Virus record (IMG/VR): IMGVR_UViG_3300029610_000357
Coordinates: 52,285 to 116,284 of that record
Direction: 5' to 3' (one strand)
Source of the DNA: a virus
Lineage: Duplodnaviria; Heunggongvirae; Uroviricota; Caudoviricetes
Length of the DNA: 64,000 nucleotides
This document shows, in pieces, positions 56,040 through 64,000 of the stretch. The position numbers and the translations under genes were made by a program. The notes under the pieces were generated by a model. The model made no database searches. It saw only the letters and a list, made by a program, of their open reading frames with translations, and was not told the DNA's origin. Every line of letters starts with the position of its first letter. Position 1 is the stretch's first letter.

Positions 56040-56387
56040 TTGAAAAAGTCCGCTTATATAGTGATATATATGACAAAATGTGGTGAACCCATAAATATGG
56101 GGTGTGCGTAAGTGCTAACGGTATCAGTTAAATAAGGCAAGGCTCGAATACGCTGACTAAGAGAACCTACGGTCTTGAAAGAGATAGCAGGCAATACCGT
56201 GCTAAGTAAAGAAGTGTAACGACTAAATTGGACAAACTTATAAAACTGTCCTAAGAGGAATAAGGTGAAAGTCCTTATCTGTAGTGCCACACACGAGAAA
56301 TCCTTGTATAAGCAAGCCAATGGATTAACATTGGGTGATGAGATAGTCTAGTCCGTACAGAAATATCACGAAAGTGACGGTAGATCG
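56040..56387 (+). ncRNA. group I self-splicing intron, ORF-less (348 nt)
   Basis: 5' exon CGGAU pairs with the intron guide GUCCG (10 nt in), giving a U.G wobble at the splice site. The intron ends GGUAGAUCG and contains GAGAUAGUCUAGUCC. Joining 56039/56388 restores ELSD-VDIDS (the PDIDID region) in frame with 56559..58961. Confidence 0.75.
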
Positions 56388-58961
56388 GTTGATATTGATT
56401 CACAAAAGAATCGTAGAGAACAAATTATCTCTGCTGTAAAAGATCGAAAAGGAGAAAGAAGAGTATTAAATTGTTGTACATTCAAAACAGAAGGTAGCAA
56501 ATCGGCTATTTTAACTTCATGTAGAGCTTTAGGAATTGATCCAGATACTTCTAGTTATTTGGCTGGAATGGTACCAGTAACAAGAGGTGCTACATGGAGT
56601 TTACATGATTGTATATACGGAAACGAAGAAAAAGAACGAGAAGCAGTGCCGGGGTTTGAGAATGAAATGAGAAGTCATGATCAATTACTTGACATTGCAA
56701 TGGGAATTGAAGGACTAATTTGTGGAAGATCTATTCATGCTTCTGCAGTGTATGTCTTTAATGAAGATTTTATTGCTCATAATGCTCGAATGAAAGCCCC
56801 AAATGGAGTGTTAACAACTCAGTTTAATATGGCTGATTCAGATGAATGTGGTGGGTTAAAGATGGATTTCTTAACGATTGAAGCGCTTGACAAGATCCGC
56901 CTGACAATGGAACAGCTCATTGATGCAGGGTATATGGAATGGCAAGGATCATTAAGAGAAACATATGATAAATATCTTCATCCAGATGTTCTTGATTATG
57001 AAACTAGAGAAATGTGGGATTGGGTAGCAGAAAACAAAGTTGTGGATCTGTTTCAGTTTAATACACAGACAGGATTACAGGCAGCAAGACGTATCCAACC
57101 TCATAGCTTGGAAGAATTGGCTGCAGCAAACTCTATTATGAGACTTATGGTAACAGAAGAGGGAGCTGAACAGCCGATTGATACTTATATTAGATTTAAA
57201 AATGATATTGGCCAATGGTATGACTTGATGAGAACGAAGTATCATTTGACTGATCATGAAATTGAAATTTTAGAGAAATACCTTAAATCCAATTATGGTG
57301 TAGGTGATACTCAGGAAATTGTAATGGAAATCAGTATGGATAAAGAGATTGCTGATTTTAGTGTTGCTGATAGCAATAAGCTGAGGAAAAGTATTGCAAA
57401 GAAGAAACCAGCTTTACAGCAAGCAATGAAAGAGCAATTTTTTGAGAGGGGAAAAGAAAACCATGCTTCAGATAATCTGTTGAACTACGTTTGGAAAGAA
57501 GTTGTAGGGAAACAGCTTGGGTATTCCTTTTCTAAGAATCATACCTATCCATACAGTGCTATAGGATTGCAGGAGTTAAATCTTGCATATCATTATCCGA
57601 TTATTTATTGGAATACAGCTTGCTTAACCGTAAATGCAGGAGCTGATGAAGAATCTAAAGGATCTAAGCAGTCTACAGATTACGGAAAAGTAGCAACGTC
57701 TATAGCACAAATGCAGAAGAGAGGTATTAAAATTCAAGCTCCACTGATTAACAAAGCGGAATTAGGATTTAAAGCCGATGAAGAGAACAATGCAATCTTA
57801 TTTGCATTAAAGAGTATTTCAGGAATCGGTGATGATGTAGTAGAAATTATAAGACAAGCAAGGCCATTCGCTTCATTTGAAGATTTTTATGAAAGAATGG
57901 TTGCCACAAAGCTAGTCAAAACAGGTCAGGTAATTCAGTTGATTAAAGCAGGTTGCTTTGATGAATTTGATGAAAACAGAGTAGATTTGCTTTATACGAT
58001 CGTAAGATTATGTAAATGTAATCTAATCTCAAGTCTGACTAAATCACAATTGAATCGTATGCAGGAATTACAATTTATGTATCCAGAGCTTAATCTTATT
58101 CCAGATGAAGTTTTAGATGGAATTCAAGTATACAATTTCTCACAGTATGTAAAAGAATTGAAAGTTGTAAAGAAATATATTGATCCGTCAAGAAAAATGT
58201 TGAAGTGTGGCTATCATGATGAAATCATTGAACTAGATGATAGAGCAATGCAATTTTTCATAAATCACTACACAGAAGATTCCATCTATGACGTTAAAGA
58301 TGAATATTACTTGATTTACAAAAAGAAATTCAATAAAGAAACTGAAAAGAAATTAGAGTCTCTTAGAGAATATCTGGCTAACCCGAATACATTACTTAAG
58401 TATAATAAAGCTCTCGTGAAAGATGAGGCCAAGAAAGTGGTTACAGGAACCACATCTCATATGGAAATGGAATCACTGTGTGTTTATGTACATGAACATG
58501 AATTGGCAGACCTTAACAAAGATGAATTCAATATCGTCAATTTCTTTAATCTTTCAGAAGAACCAGTAGTTGCATCTACGTATAAAAGAAAGGTTAAGAG
58601 GGTTGAGAATGGACAAGAGATTCAAGAAGTCAAAGAGTTCCCTAAGTATTTTATTAGTAAGATCTGGGGAACTGTCTTAGACAAGAATAAGGATCGACAT
58701 ACGGTTACATTATTGACCCCTGAGGGAGTTGTAAATGTGAAATATACCAAAGGAGCTTTCTTACATTATAACAAGAAGACCTCAATAGAAGAGTCTTGGT
58801 TCAAGAGAGGCCAAATAATAATGGTTACTGGGTATCGCAATGGCGATATGTTCAGATGCTATAACTATGGAGACACAATCTTCAAACATACTACATCATT
58901 GATTACAAACATCGGAGAGAAAGGAGTAGAGGTAATGACAGAAAGGATGAGAGAAGCATGA
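56388..58961 (+). CDS. dnaE: DNA polymerase III alpha (DnaE-like), exon 2
   Basis: Own translation from 56388: VDIDSQKNRREQIISAVKDRKGERRVLNCCTFKTEGSKSAIL..., 57 codons upstream of and in frame with the track ORF. Confidence 0.85.
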   Translation, partial: VDIDSQKNRREQIISAVKDRKGERRVLNCCTFKTEGSKSAILTSCRALGIDPDTSSYLAGMVPVTRGATWSLHDCIYGNEEKEREAVPGFENEMRSHDQLLDIAMGIEGLICGRSIHASAVYVFNEDFIAHNARMKAPNGVLTTQFNMADSDECGGLKMDFLTIEALDKIRLTMEQLIDAGYMEWQGSLRETYDKYLHPDVLDYETREMWDWVAENKVVDLFQFNTQTGLQAARRIQPHSLEELAAANSIMRLMVTEEGAEQPIDTYIRFKNDIGQWYDLMRTKYHLTDHEIEILEKYLKSNYGVGDTQEIVMEISMDKEIADFSVADSNKLRKSIAKKKPALQQAMKEQFFERGKENHASDNLLNYVWKEVVGKQLGYSFSKNHTYPYSAIGLQELNLAYHYPIIYWNTACLTVNAGADEESKGSKQSTDYGKVATSIAQMQKRGIKIQAPLINKAELGFKADEENNAILFALKSISGIGDDVVEIIRQARPFASFEDFYERMVATKLVKTGQVIQLIKAGCFDEFDENRVDLLYTIVRLCKCNLISSLTKSQLNRMQELQFMYPELNLIPDEVLDGIQVYNFSQYVKELKVVKKYIDPSRKMLKCGYHDEIIELDDRAMQFFINHYTEDSIYDVKDEYYLIYKKKFNKETEKKLESLREYLANPNTLLKYNKALVKDEAKKVVTGTTSHMEMESLCVYVHEHELADLNKDEFNIVNFFNLSEEPVVASTYKRKVKRVENGQEIQEVKEFPKYFISKIWGTVLDKNKDRHTVTLLTPEGVVNVKYTKGAFLHYNKKTSIEESWFKRGQIIMVTGYRNGDMFRCYNYGDTIFKHTTSLITNIGEKGVEVMTERMREA

Positions 58962-61258
58962 GATGTATAGGAAAAGCAGTTAAAACTATACATAGAAACA
59001 ATGATTCTTATTTTACAATTGCTTCCTTTGATCTTGTAAAAGAGATCGATGGCGAGGTTGAAATTCATCCAATATATAAAACATTTACAGTAGTCGGTAT
59101 CATGCCATATTTAATGGAAGATGCCGACTATGAAATTTCAGCTACTGAAGTAGAAAATAAGAAATATGGAAAGCAGTATCAAGTTAATTCGATCAATTTA
59201 TATTTGCCAAATGGAATTGAAAGTAAAGAAGGTCAAAAAGAATTTTTAGATATTATCTTTACAAAACTTCAGGTAAAAGAAATGTATGAGGCATTAGATG
59301 ATCCATACATGACATTGAAAGATGGTGATATATCTTCATTGGTCAAAGTTAAAAATTGTGGTATGAAGACAGCAGTTGCTTGGATTGATAAGTTCAAAAC
59401 ATATATGCCATTGTCAAACGCAATGAAAGAGCTTAGTGAGTATGGTTTGACAGAAGCGTTATTAAGAAGAATTGTAAATCATTATAAATCATCTGATATT
59501 GCAGTTGAGATCATTCAGAATAAACCATATAAGCTTATTGAAGTCAATGGTGTTGGATGGCACAAGTGCGATGAGATTGCTATGAAAGGTGGCTTAAAGC
59601 CTGATTCACCAGAAAGAATTGGTACTTACATATTATATTATCTTCAAGAGAGAGCGAATGAGGGATATTCATATATTCCTGCGGATGCTAATACAGAGAT
59701 AGAGAATGGTATTGTCTCAAAAACTCAAAAGCCAATCAATTTTATTGATACAATGATAGAGTTTTTTGGAGATGATATTTCAGATGAGGCGCTAAAAGGT
59801 GGTTTAGATTATGTAAATGATCAACTATGGTTTAGTGACGATCGTAAGTTTGTAGGACTAAAAAGGATCTACGATCTAGAAATGAGCGTTGCTGAGAACT
59901 TAATTAGGATAAGAGATGGAGAAAACGATTTCAAGTATTCTAATTGGAAAAACATCATTAAGCAAAAGGAAATTGATCAAGGTTGGGAGTACAATGAACA
60001 ACAGATTGAAGGCATTAAAGCAGTCTTAGAGAATCAAGTAGTTGTTATCACAGGTAAAGCTGGTACTGGTAAATCATCAATTGTAGATGCTATGATCGCT
60101 GTTTTACAAGGTTATTCATATGCACAAACGGCCTTAAGTGGACGAGCTGCAGCAAGAATGGCTGAAATTACACATGAAGAAGGATATACAATCCACCGTT
60201 TGTTAGGATTTCCTAAAGGAGATCGTGATCACGGTGGTTTTGTTTTTCATGAAGATAATAAATTACCAAGAGATATTATCATTCTTGATGAAGTGTCAAT
60301 GGTAGACGGAGAATTGTTTAACAGACTTGTAAAAGCAATTAAAACAGGATCAAAGTTAATCATGTTAGGAGACACAGGACAGCTTGAATGTATTGGTTGC
60401 ATGAATATAGCGGCTGATTTAATTGCATCAAAGGAAATTGTTTCTATTGAATTAAGCCAGATCCATAGGCAGGCTGCTAATTCAGGAATTATTACAGAGA
60501 GCATAAAAGCCAGAGAGGGTATTCAACTTATTGAAAAAGATTGGATTGGAACTGAGGTTAGAGGTAAACTTAATGACTTGGTTTTAGATTGCTTCTCAGA
60601 TAAAAGTAATACGTTTTATAAGGTAATGCAACATGCTTCATCCGAACTTGAAGATGGAACAGACATTATGGATCTTATGGTAATTGCCCCATCTTATAAA
60701 AATGAGTCGGGTGTAGACAATTTAAACGCAGCTTTACAATCGCTTTACAATCCAGATAGTTCTGAAAAGAAGGAAGTGTTTGTACAAAAAAGTTCTAAAG
60801 CTTGGATACTTCGTGAGGGAGATAAGATAATCAATGTGCAGAATGATTATTATGCAAAGAATAAATTTACTGCAGGAATCTTTAATGGAAACATAGGAGT
60901 TGTTAAAAACATTGATATAGATGCTAATACAATTGCTGTTGATTTTCAGGATATTCCGGGAATTATGATTCTTCCAAAGAAAAACTGGAAAGATTTAGAA
61001 CTAGGATATGCAATCACTTGTCATAAAGCACAGGGATCTCAGTGTAAGAAAGTAATTGTTGGGCTAGATTTTGGATCATTCATACAACTTTCAAGAGAAT
61101 GGGTATACACAGCAATGACAAGAGCTATTGATAAATGTTATATGGTTGCACAAAACAATGCCCTTAGGTATGCAGTAAGCAAGAATAGTATTTCTGTAAA
61201 GAGAACTCATTTAGTAAAGCTGTTGGCCTATAAAGCCGCTAATAAATTTTCATTTTAG
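58958..61258 (+). CDS. recD: RecD/TraA-family SF1 helicase
   Basis: Walker A GKAGTGKSS, IIILDEVSMVD, QLECIG, TCHKAQGSQ. Confidence 0.85.
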   Translation: MRCIGKAVKTIHRNNDSYFTIASFDLVKEIDGEVEIHPIYKTFTVVGIMPYLMEDADYEISATEVENKKYGKQYQVNSINLYLPNGIESKEGQKEFLDIIFTKLQVKEMYEALDDPYMTLKDGDISSLVKVKNCGMKTAVAWIDKFKTYMPLSNAMKELSEYGLTEALLRRIVNHYKSSDIAVEIIQNKPYKLIEVNGVGWHKCDEIAMKGGLKPDSPERIGTYILYYLQERANEGYSYIPADANTEIENGIVSKTQKPINFIDTMIEFFGDDISDEALKGGLDYVNDQLWFSDDRKFVGLKRIYDLEMSVAENLIRIRDGENDFKYSNWKNIIKQKEIDQGWEYNEQQIEGIKAVLENQVVVITGKAGTGKSSIVDAMIAVLQGYSYAQTALSGRAAARMAEITHEEGYTIHRLLGFPKGDRDHGGFVFHEDNKLPRDIIILDEVSMVDGELFNRLVKAIKTGSKLIMLGDTGQLECIGCMNIAADLIASKEIVSIELSQIHRQAANSGIITESIKAREGIQLIEKDWIGTEVRGKLNDLVLDCFSDKSNTFYKVMQHASSELEDGTDIMDLMVIAPSYKNESGVDNLNAALQSLYNPDSSEKKEVFVQKSSKAWILREGDKIINVQNDYYAKNKFTAGIFNGNIGVVKNIDIDANTIAVDFQDIPGIMILPKKNWKDLELGYAITCHKAQGSQCKKVIVGLDFGSFIQLSREWVYTAMTRAIDKCYMVAQNNALRYAVSKNSISVKRTHLVKLLAYKAANKFSF

Positions 61259-61270
61259 AGAGGTGATTGT

Positions 61271-61460
61271 ATGAATTATCCCTGAAGAAGTTCTTATATA
61301 TGATCCATTTTGTATTGCTCTAGTATATGATGTCTCATATAAAGAAGTACAAAAAACATTTAATAACTATATTAAAAAATATGGAAATATGCTTTCTCGT
61401 AGAGAAATATATGATCTTGTTTACTCATATGTAAATCTACACAAGGAAGATATGAAATAA
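61271..61460 (+). CDS. small protein needing a +1 shift at CCC-TGA (or non-ATG start)
   Basis: ATG AAT TAT CCC TGA at 61271-61285. The +1 frame is open from 61284 for 58 codons (EEVLIYDPFCIALVYDVSYKEVQKTFNNYIKKYG...). Confidence 0.3.
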
Positions 61461-61485
61461 TTAAATATTTAAGCAAATTAGAGCT

Positions 61486-61511
61486 CGATGTAAATACATC
61501 GGGTTCTTTTT
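61486..61511 (+). terminator. rho-independent terminator
   Basis: CGATGT-aaat-ACATCG followed by GGTTCTTTTTT. Confidence 0.65.
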
Positions 61512-61538
61512 TAATTTACAAAGAAAAGGAGAAGAAAC

Positions 61539-61673
61539 ATGACAACAGAAACAAAAATCACATTATTAAAAAGCAGAGTGGAACTTTTAAAGAGTAGAGG
61601 TACTCAGTGTAGTAGAATCATTGCTAAACTTCAGAGAAAAATTAGAAATCTGGAGGGTTGCGTAAATGATTAA
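61539..61673 (+). CDS. small coiled-coil ORF (44 aa)
   Basis: Own translation MTTETKITLLKSRVELLKSRGTQCSRIIAKLQRKIRNLEGCVND*; AAAGGAGAAG RBS. Confidence 0.45.
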   Translation: MTTETKITLLKSRVELLKSRGTQCSRIIAKLQRKIRNLEGCVND

Positions 61674-62943
61674 GATTGAACATCCAGTATTTCCAAGTCC
61701 AGAGCAAATGGATTTTATTATAGAAGGTATGCGTAACCCTATGGACAGTCATAAATTAAGCGATAGTTTTAAATGTACAGACACTAATGCGTGTCAAGGC
61801 TGCCCCTCAAATGGCGGAGATAGATGCAGATCTTTCAGTCCTATTGGGGGGATGACTTTAGGAGACAAAGATTTTGCTTTAATGGGGAAATTAGCAAAGG
61901 CAGGTAGCGATCATAGAAAGTATCTCCGAATGATGCAGGTGGGAGTAAGAATTACAGCACCCTTGTATTTTTATAAAGAACTAGATACATACAAGGTTGG
62001 TACAGTATGTAATTCATGTAGCACAATGCATAAAATCCAAGCGAAAGAATTTACATTAGATGAATTTAGTTGTGAGCATTTATATTTCAATCCAATTTTG
62101 TGTAATATAGAACATACTATTAAATTGTTAAACGAATGGCGAGTTTTATTTAATTATACGGACGAGCAGCGTAAAGATTACTTTGAACAGAATGGACATC
62201 CAAGAGTATTAACCAAAAAAGAATGTTGGTGGCAGATGATTCAGTTGCTTCCATCAAGTTATAATCAAACACGAAATTATACATTTACATACGAAAATTT
62301 AATCAACATGTACTTCGCAAGGAGAAATCATAAATTGGACGAGTGGAGAATCTTCTGTCAGTGGATGTTAGACAATGTGCCATATTTCAAAGAATTAGTA
62401 GATTACATAGAAAAAGGAGACAACAAAGTGAGCAAAGGAATTAAGTTTAGTTACGTAGGAAAAGATGAAAAAGTTAAATCATTAAAAGAGTTCTTCTCAG
62501 CAGAAGGCTTTGAAATGTCAGATGAGGAATTGGCTGCAATGACTGTAGAACTTCCTAAGAGAGCTACAAAAGGATCTGCAGGATATGATTGCTATAGTCC
62601 AATTGGTTTTTGCTTAGAACCTGGACAGGAAATTAAATTACCTACATTGCTTAAGGCATATATGCCTCAGGATATTTTCTTAGGAGCTTATCCAAGAAGT
62701 GGATTAGGATTTAAGTATTATGCAAGATTAGCTAACACAGTTGGTATCGTTGACAGCGACTATGCTGATAATGAAGGCAATGAGGGTCATATCTTTGTAA
62801 AGATCAGAAATGAAGGAGACAAGCCTATGAGTATTAATCCGGGAGATGGTATTTGTCAGTTTATTTTCCAGAAGTATTTCACGACAGAAGATGATGAATC
62901 TGAAGGAACTAGAGAAGGTGGTTTTGGTAGCACAGATAAATAG
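61666..62943 (+). CDS. dut: fusion: ThyX-like (Thy1-fold) N-terminal domain plus trimeric dUTPase C-terminal domain
   Basis: dUTPase motifs KGSAGYD, PRSGLG, GIVDSDY, GDGICQ, REGGFGST. The N-terminal 260 aa resemble ThyX topology but lack a clear RHRxxS motif. Confidence 0.7.
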   Translation: MIKIEHPVFPSPEQMDFIIEGMRNPMDSHKLSDSFKCTDTNACQGCPSNGGDRCRSFSPIGGMTLGDKDFALMGKLAKAGSDHRKYLRMMQVGVRITAPLYFYKELDTYKVGTVCNSCSTMHKIQAKEFTLDEFSCEHLYFNPILCNIEHTIKLLNEWRVLFNYTDEQRKDYFEQNGHPRVLTKKECWWQMIQLLPSSYNQTRNYTFTYENLINMYFARRNHKLDEWRIFCQWMLDNVPYFKELVDYIEKGDNKVSKGIKFSYVGKDEKVKSLKEFFSAEGFEMSDEELAAMTVELPKRATKGSAGYDCYSPIGFCLEPGQEIKLPTLLKAYMPQDIFLGAYPRSGLGFKYYARLANTVGIVDSDYADNEGNEGHIFVKIRNEGDKPMSINPGDGICQFIFQKYFTTEDDESEGTREGGFGSTDK

Positions 62944-62955
62944 GAGGTATTTTCA

Positions 62956-63498
62956 ATGATAATGAAAAAATTAATTATTGCAGGAGTTATTACTATTACA
63001 TTAACGTGTGCAGCATCTTTTTATGCTTTCGCATCACCAGAGACAAAGAAAGTGGGTAAATCAACTGAAACCTCTGCCAAGGTTACAGCGGTTGCCACAA
63101 CAGAAGCAACAACTGAGCAAAAGAAAAAATCAAAAACAGTTGACGAAGTAAAATTTCAGAATGAAACAAAAGAAGAATCATTAAATAATACGCCTAAAGA
63201 ATCAACTGAGGGAATCGATAGAGATGAATTTGAGAATCCTGATGAATATGAAGATGATTCTTTAGAAAGATGTGATCATGACTGGGATACCAGTATTGCA
63301 TACGATTCTGAAAAAGGATACGTATGGGAAAAAACTTGTAATAAGTGCCATAGTGTTGTAACTGAGCCAGCAACACAGGAAGAGTATGAGAAATATGAAC
63401 CTAAATATGACGATTCTGACAGTGAATATGTTGATGACGAGTCTACAGAAGCAGTAAAAGAATCTACAGAAGAGGTATCAAATGAAGAACTTAAATAG
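62956..63498 (+). CDS. secreted/anchored acidic protein
   Basis: N-terminal signal/TM; T/E-rich linker; CDHDW..CNKCH. Confidence 0.55.
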   Translation: MIMKKLIIAGVITITLTCAASFYAFASPETKKVGKSTETSAKVTAVATTEATTEQKKKSKTVDEVKFQNETKEESLNNTPKESTEGIDRDEFENPDEYEDDSLERCDHDWDTSIAYDSEKGYVWEKTCNKCHSVVTEPATQEEYEKYEPKYDDSDSEYVDDESTEAVKESTEEVSNEELK

Positions 63499-63694
63499 AA
63501 ATGATATCCATATAGGCTGTGCTATGGCTCTAGTTTTAGGAATCATTTGGATATTAATCTGGTTTGCAATCTATTCTATATTAGCAGCAGGAATGTTGTG
63601 GGTACTTACATTGATTGCACCAACTGTTACATTTTCAATTAAATTTGTACTTATAGTCGGAGTGTTGTTAGCAATCCTTCGATTTATTTTGTAA
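63482..63694 (+). CDS. small membrane protein (2 TM)
   Basis: ORF track; hydrophobic. Confidence 0.55.
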   Translation: MKNLNRNDIHIGCAMALVLGIIWILIWFAIYSILAAGMLWVLTLIAPTVTFSIKFVLIVGVLLAILRFIL

Positions 63695-63709
63695 GAAAGA
63701 AGTGATCAA

Positions 63710-63982
63710 GTGCTCAAGATCAAAAAGGCACATAAAGACAAAGATGAATGGATTTTATACAATCCAGACAACTTTGCATTACATACACATTGTAGAAGTT
63801 TCAGGGTCGCTTTGAGCATTAAAAAGAATGTAGAGAAGAAGCGATTACCAAGAAGCAGGAATTTAAGGACATTAGAGAGTCACAGGAGAGTAACAGGTAA
63901 TCGCAAATACATTCGTCAATTGGATGCACTAATAGAAGAAGTTAAAAGTGAGAAAGGAGAAAAAAAGAATGATAATTGCTAG
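63710..63982 (+). CDS. basic hypothetical protein
   Basis: ORF track (GTG start). Confidence 0.5.
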   Translation: MLKIKKAHKDKDEWILYNPDNFALHTHCRSFRVALSIKKNVEKKRLPRSRNLRTLESHRRVTGNRKYIRQLDALIEEVKSEKGEKKNDNC

Positions 63983-64000
63983 CGTAATTAATATTATCGC

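Noticed and set aside
56054-56320. Minus-strand 88-aa ORF inside the DnaE intron as a homing endonuclease
   Set aside because: It is antisense to the intron, has no RBS and has no LAGLIDADG, GIY-YIG or HNH motif.

Overview
AT-rich, Firmicutes-style (GGAGG RBS) DNA from the early, replication and nucleotide-metabolism region of a large phage or prophage. No capsid or tail genes are recognisable. Genes left of ~10.5 kb run on the minus strand and genes right of 12.3 kb on the plus strand, separated by a 1.8-kb ORF-poor hub. Left arm: metallophosphoesterase, HU-like protein, 7 tRNAs, and a ~930-aa protein with an NGCDFD|GD motif, which I read as a YonO-like two-barrel RNA polymerase. Right arm: DnaB-, DnaG-, DnaE- and RecD-like replisome genes, Cas4-like nuclease, sigma factor, integrase plus MazF, Thg1-like enzyme, two radical-SAM enzymes, Nudix, NMNAT and dUTPase. 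Two related ORF-less group I introns split the RNAP catalytic motif and the DnaE PDIDID motif. The most unusual locus is 16.7-25.3 kb. Eighteen small genes from at least five unrelated sequence groups all end in the peptide [RK]-K-N-N-[YF]-[YW]-stop, conserved at protein rather than DNA level. The array ends in a tightly linked reverse transcriptase, followed by long-hairpin plus ATCATAAA-box modules. Other leads include REQCNN micro-ORFs beside a radical-SAM gene, an interrupted tRNA-like gene, a three-copy structured element and a G-tract cluster. All function calls rest on motif reading by eye; no searches were run.
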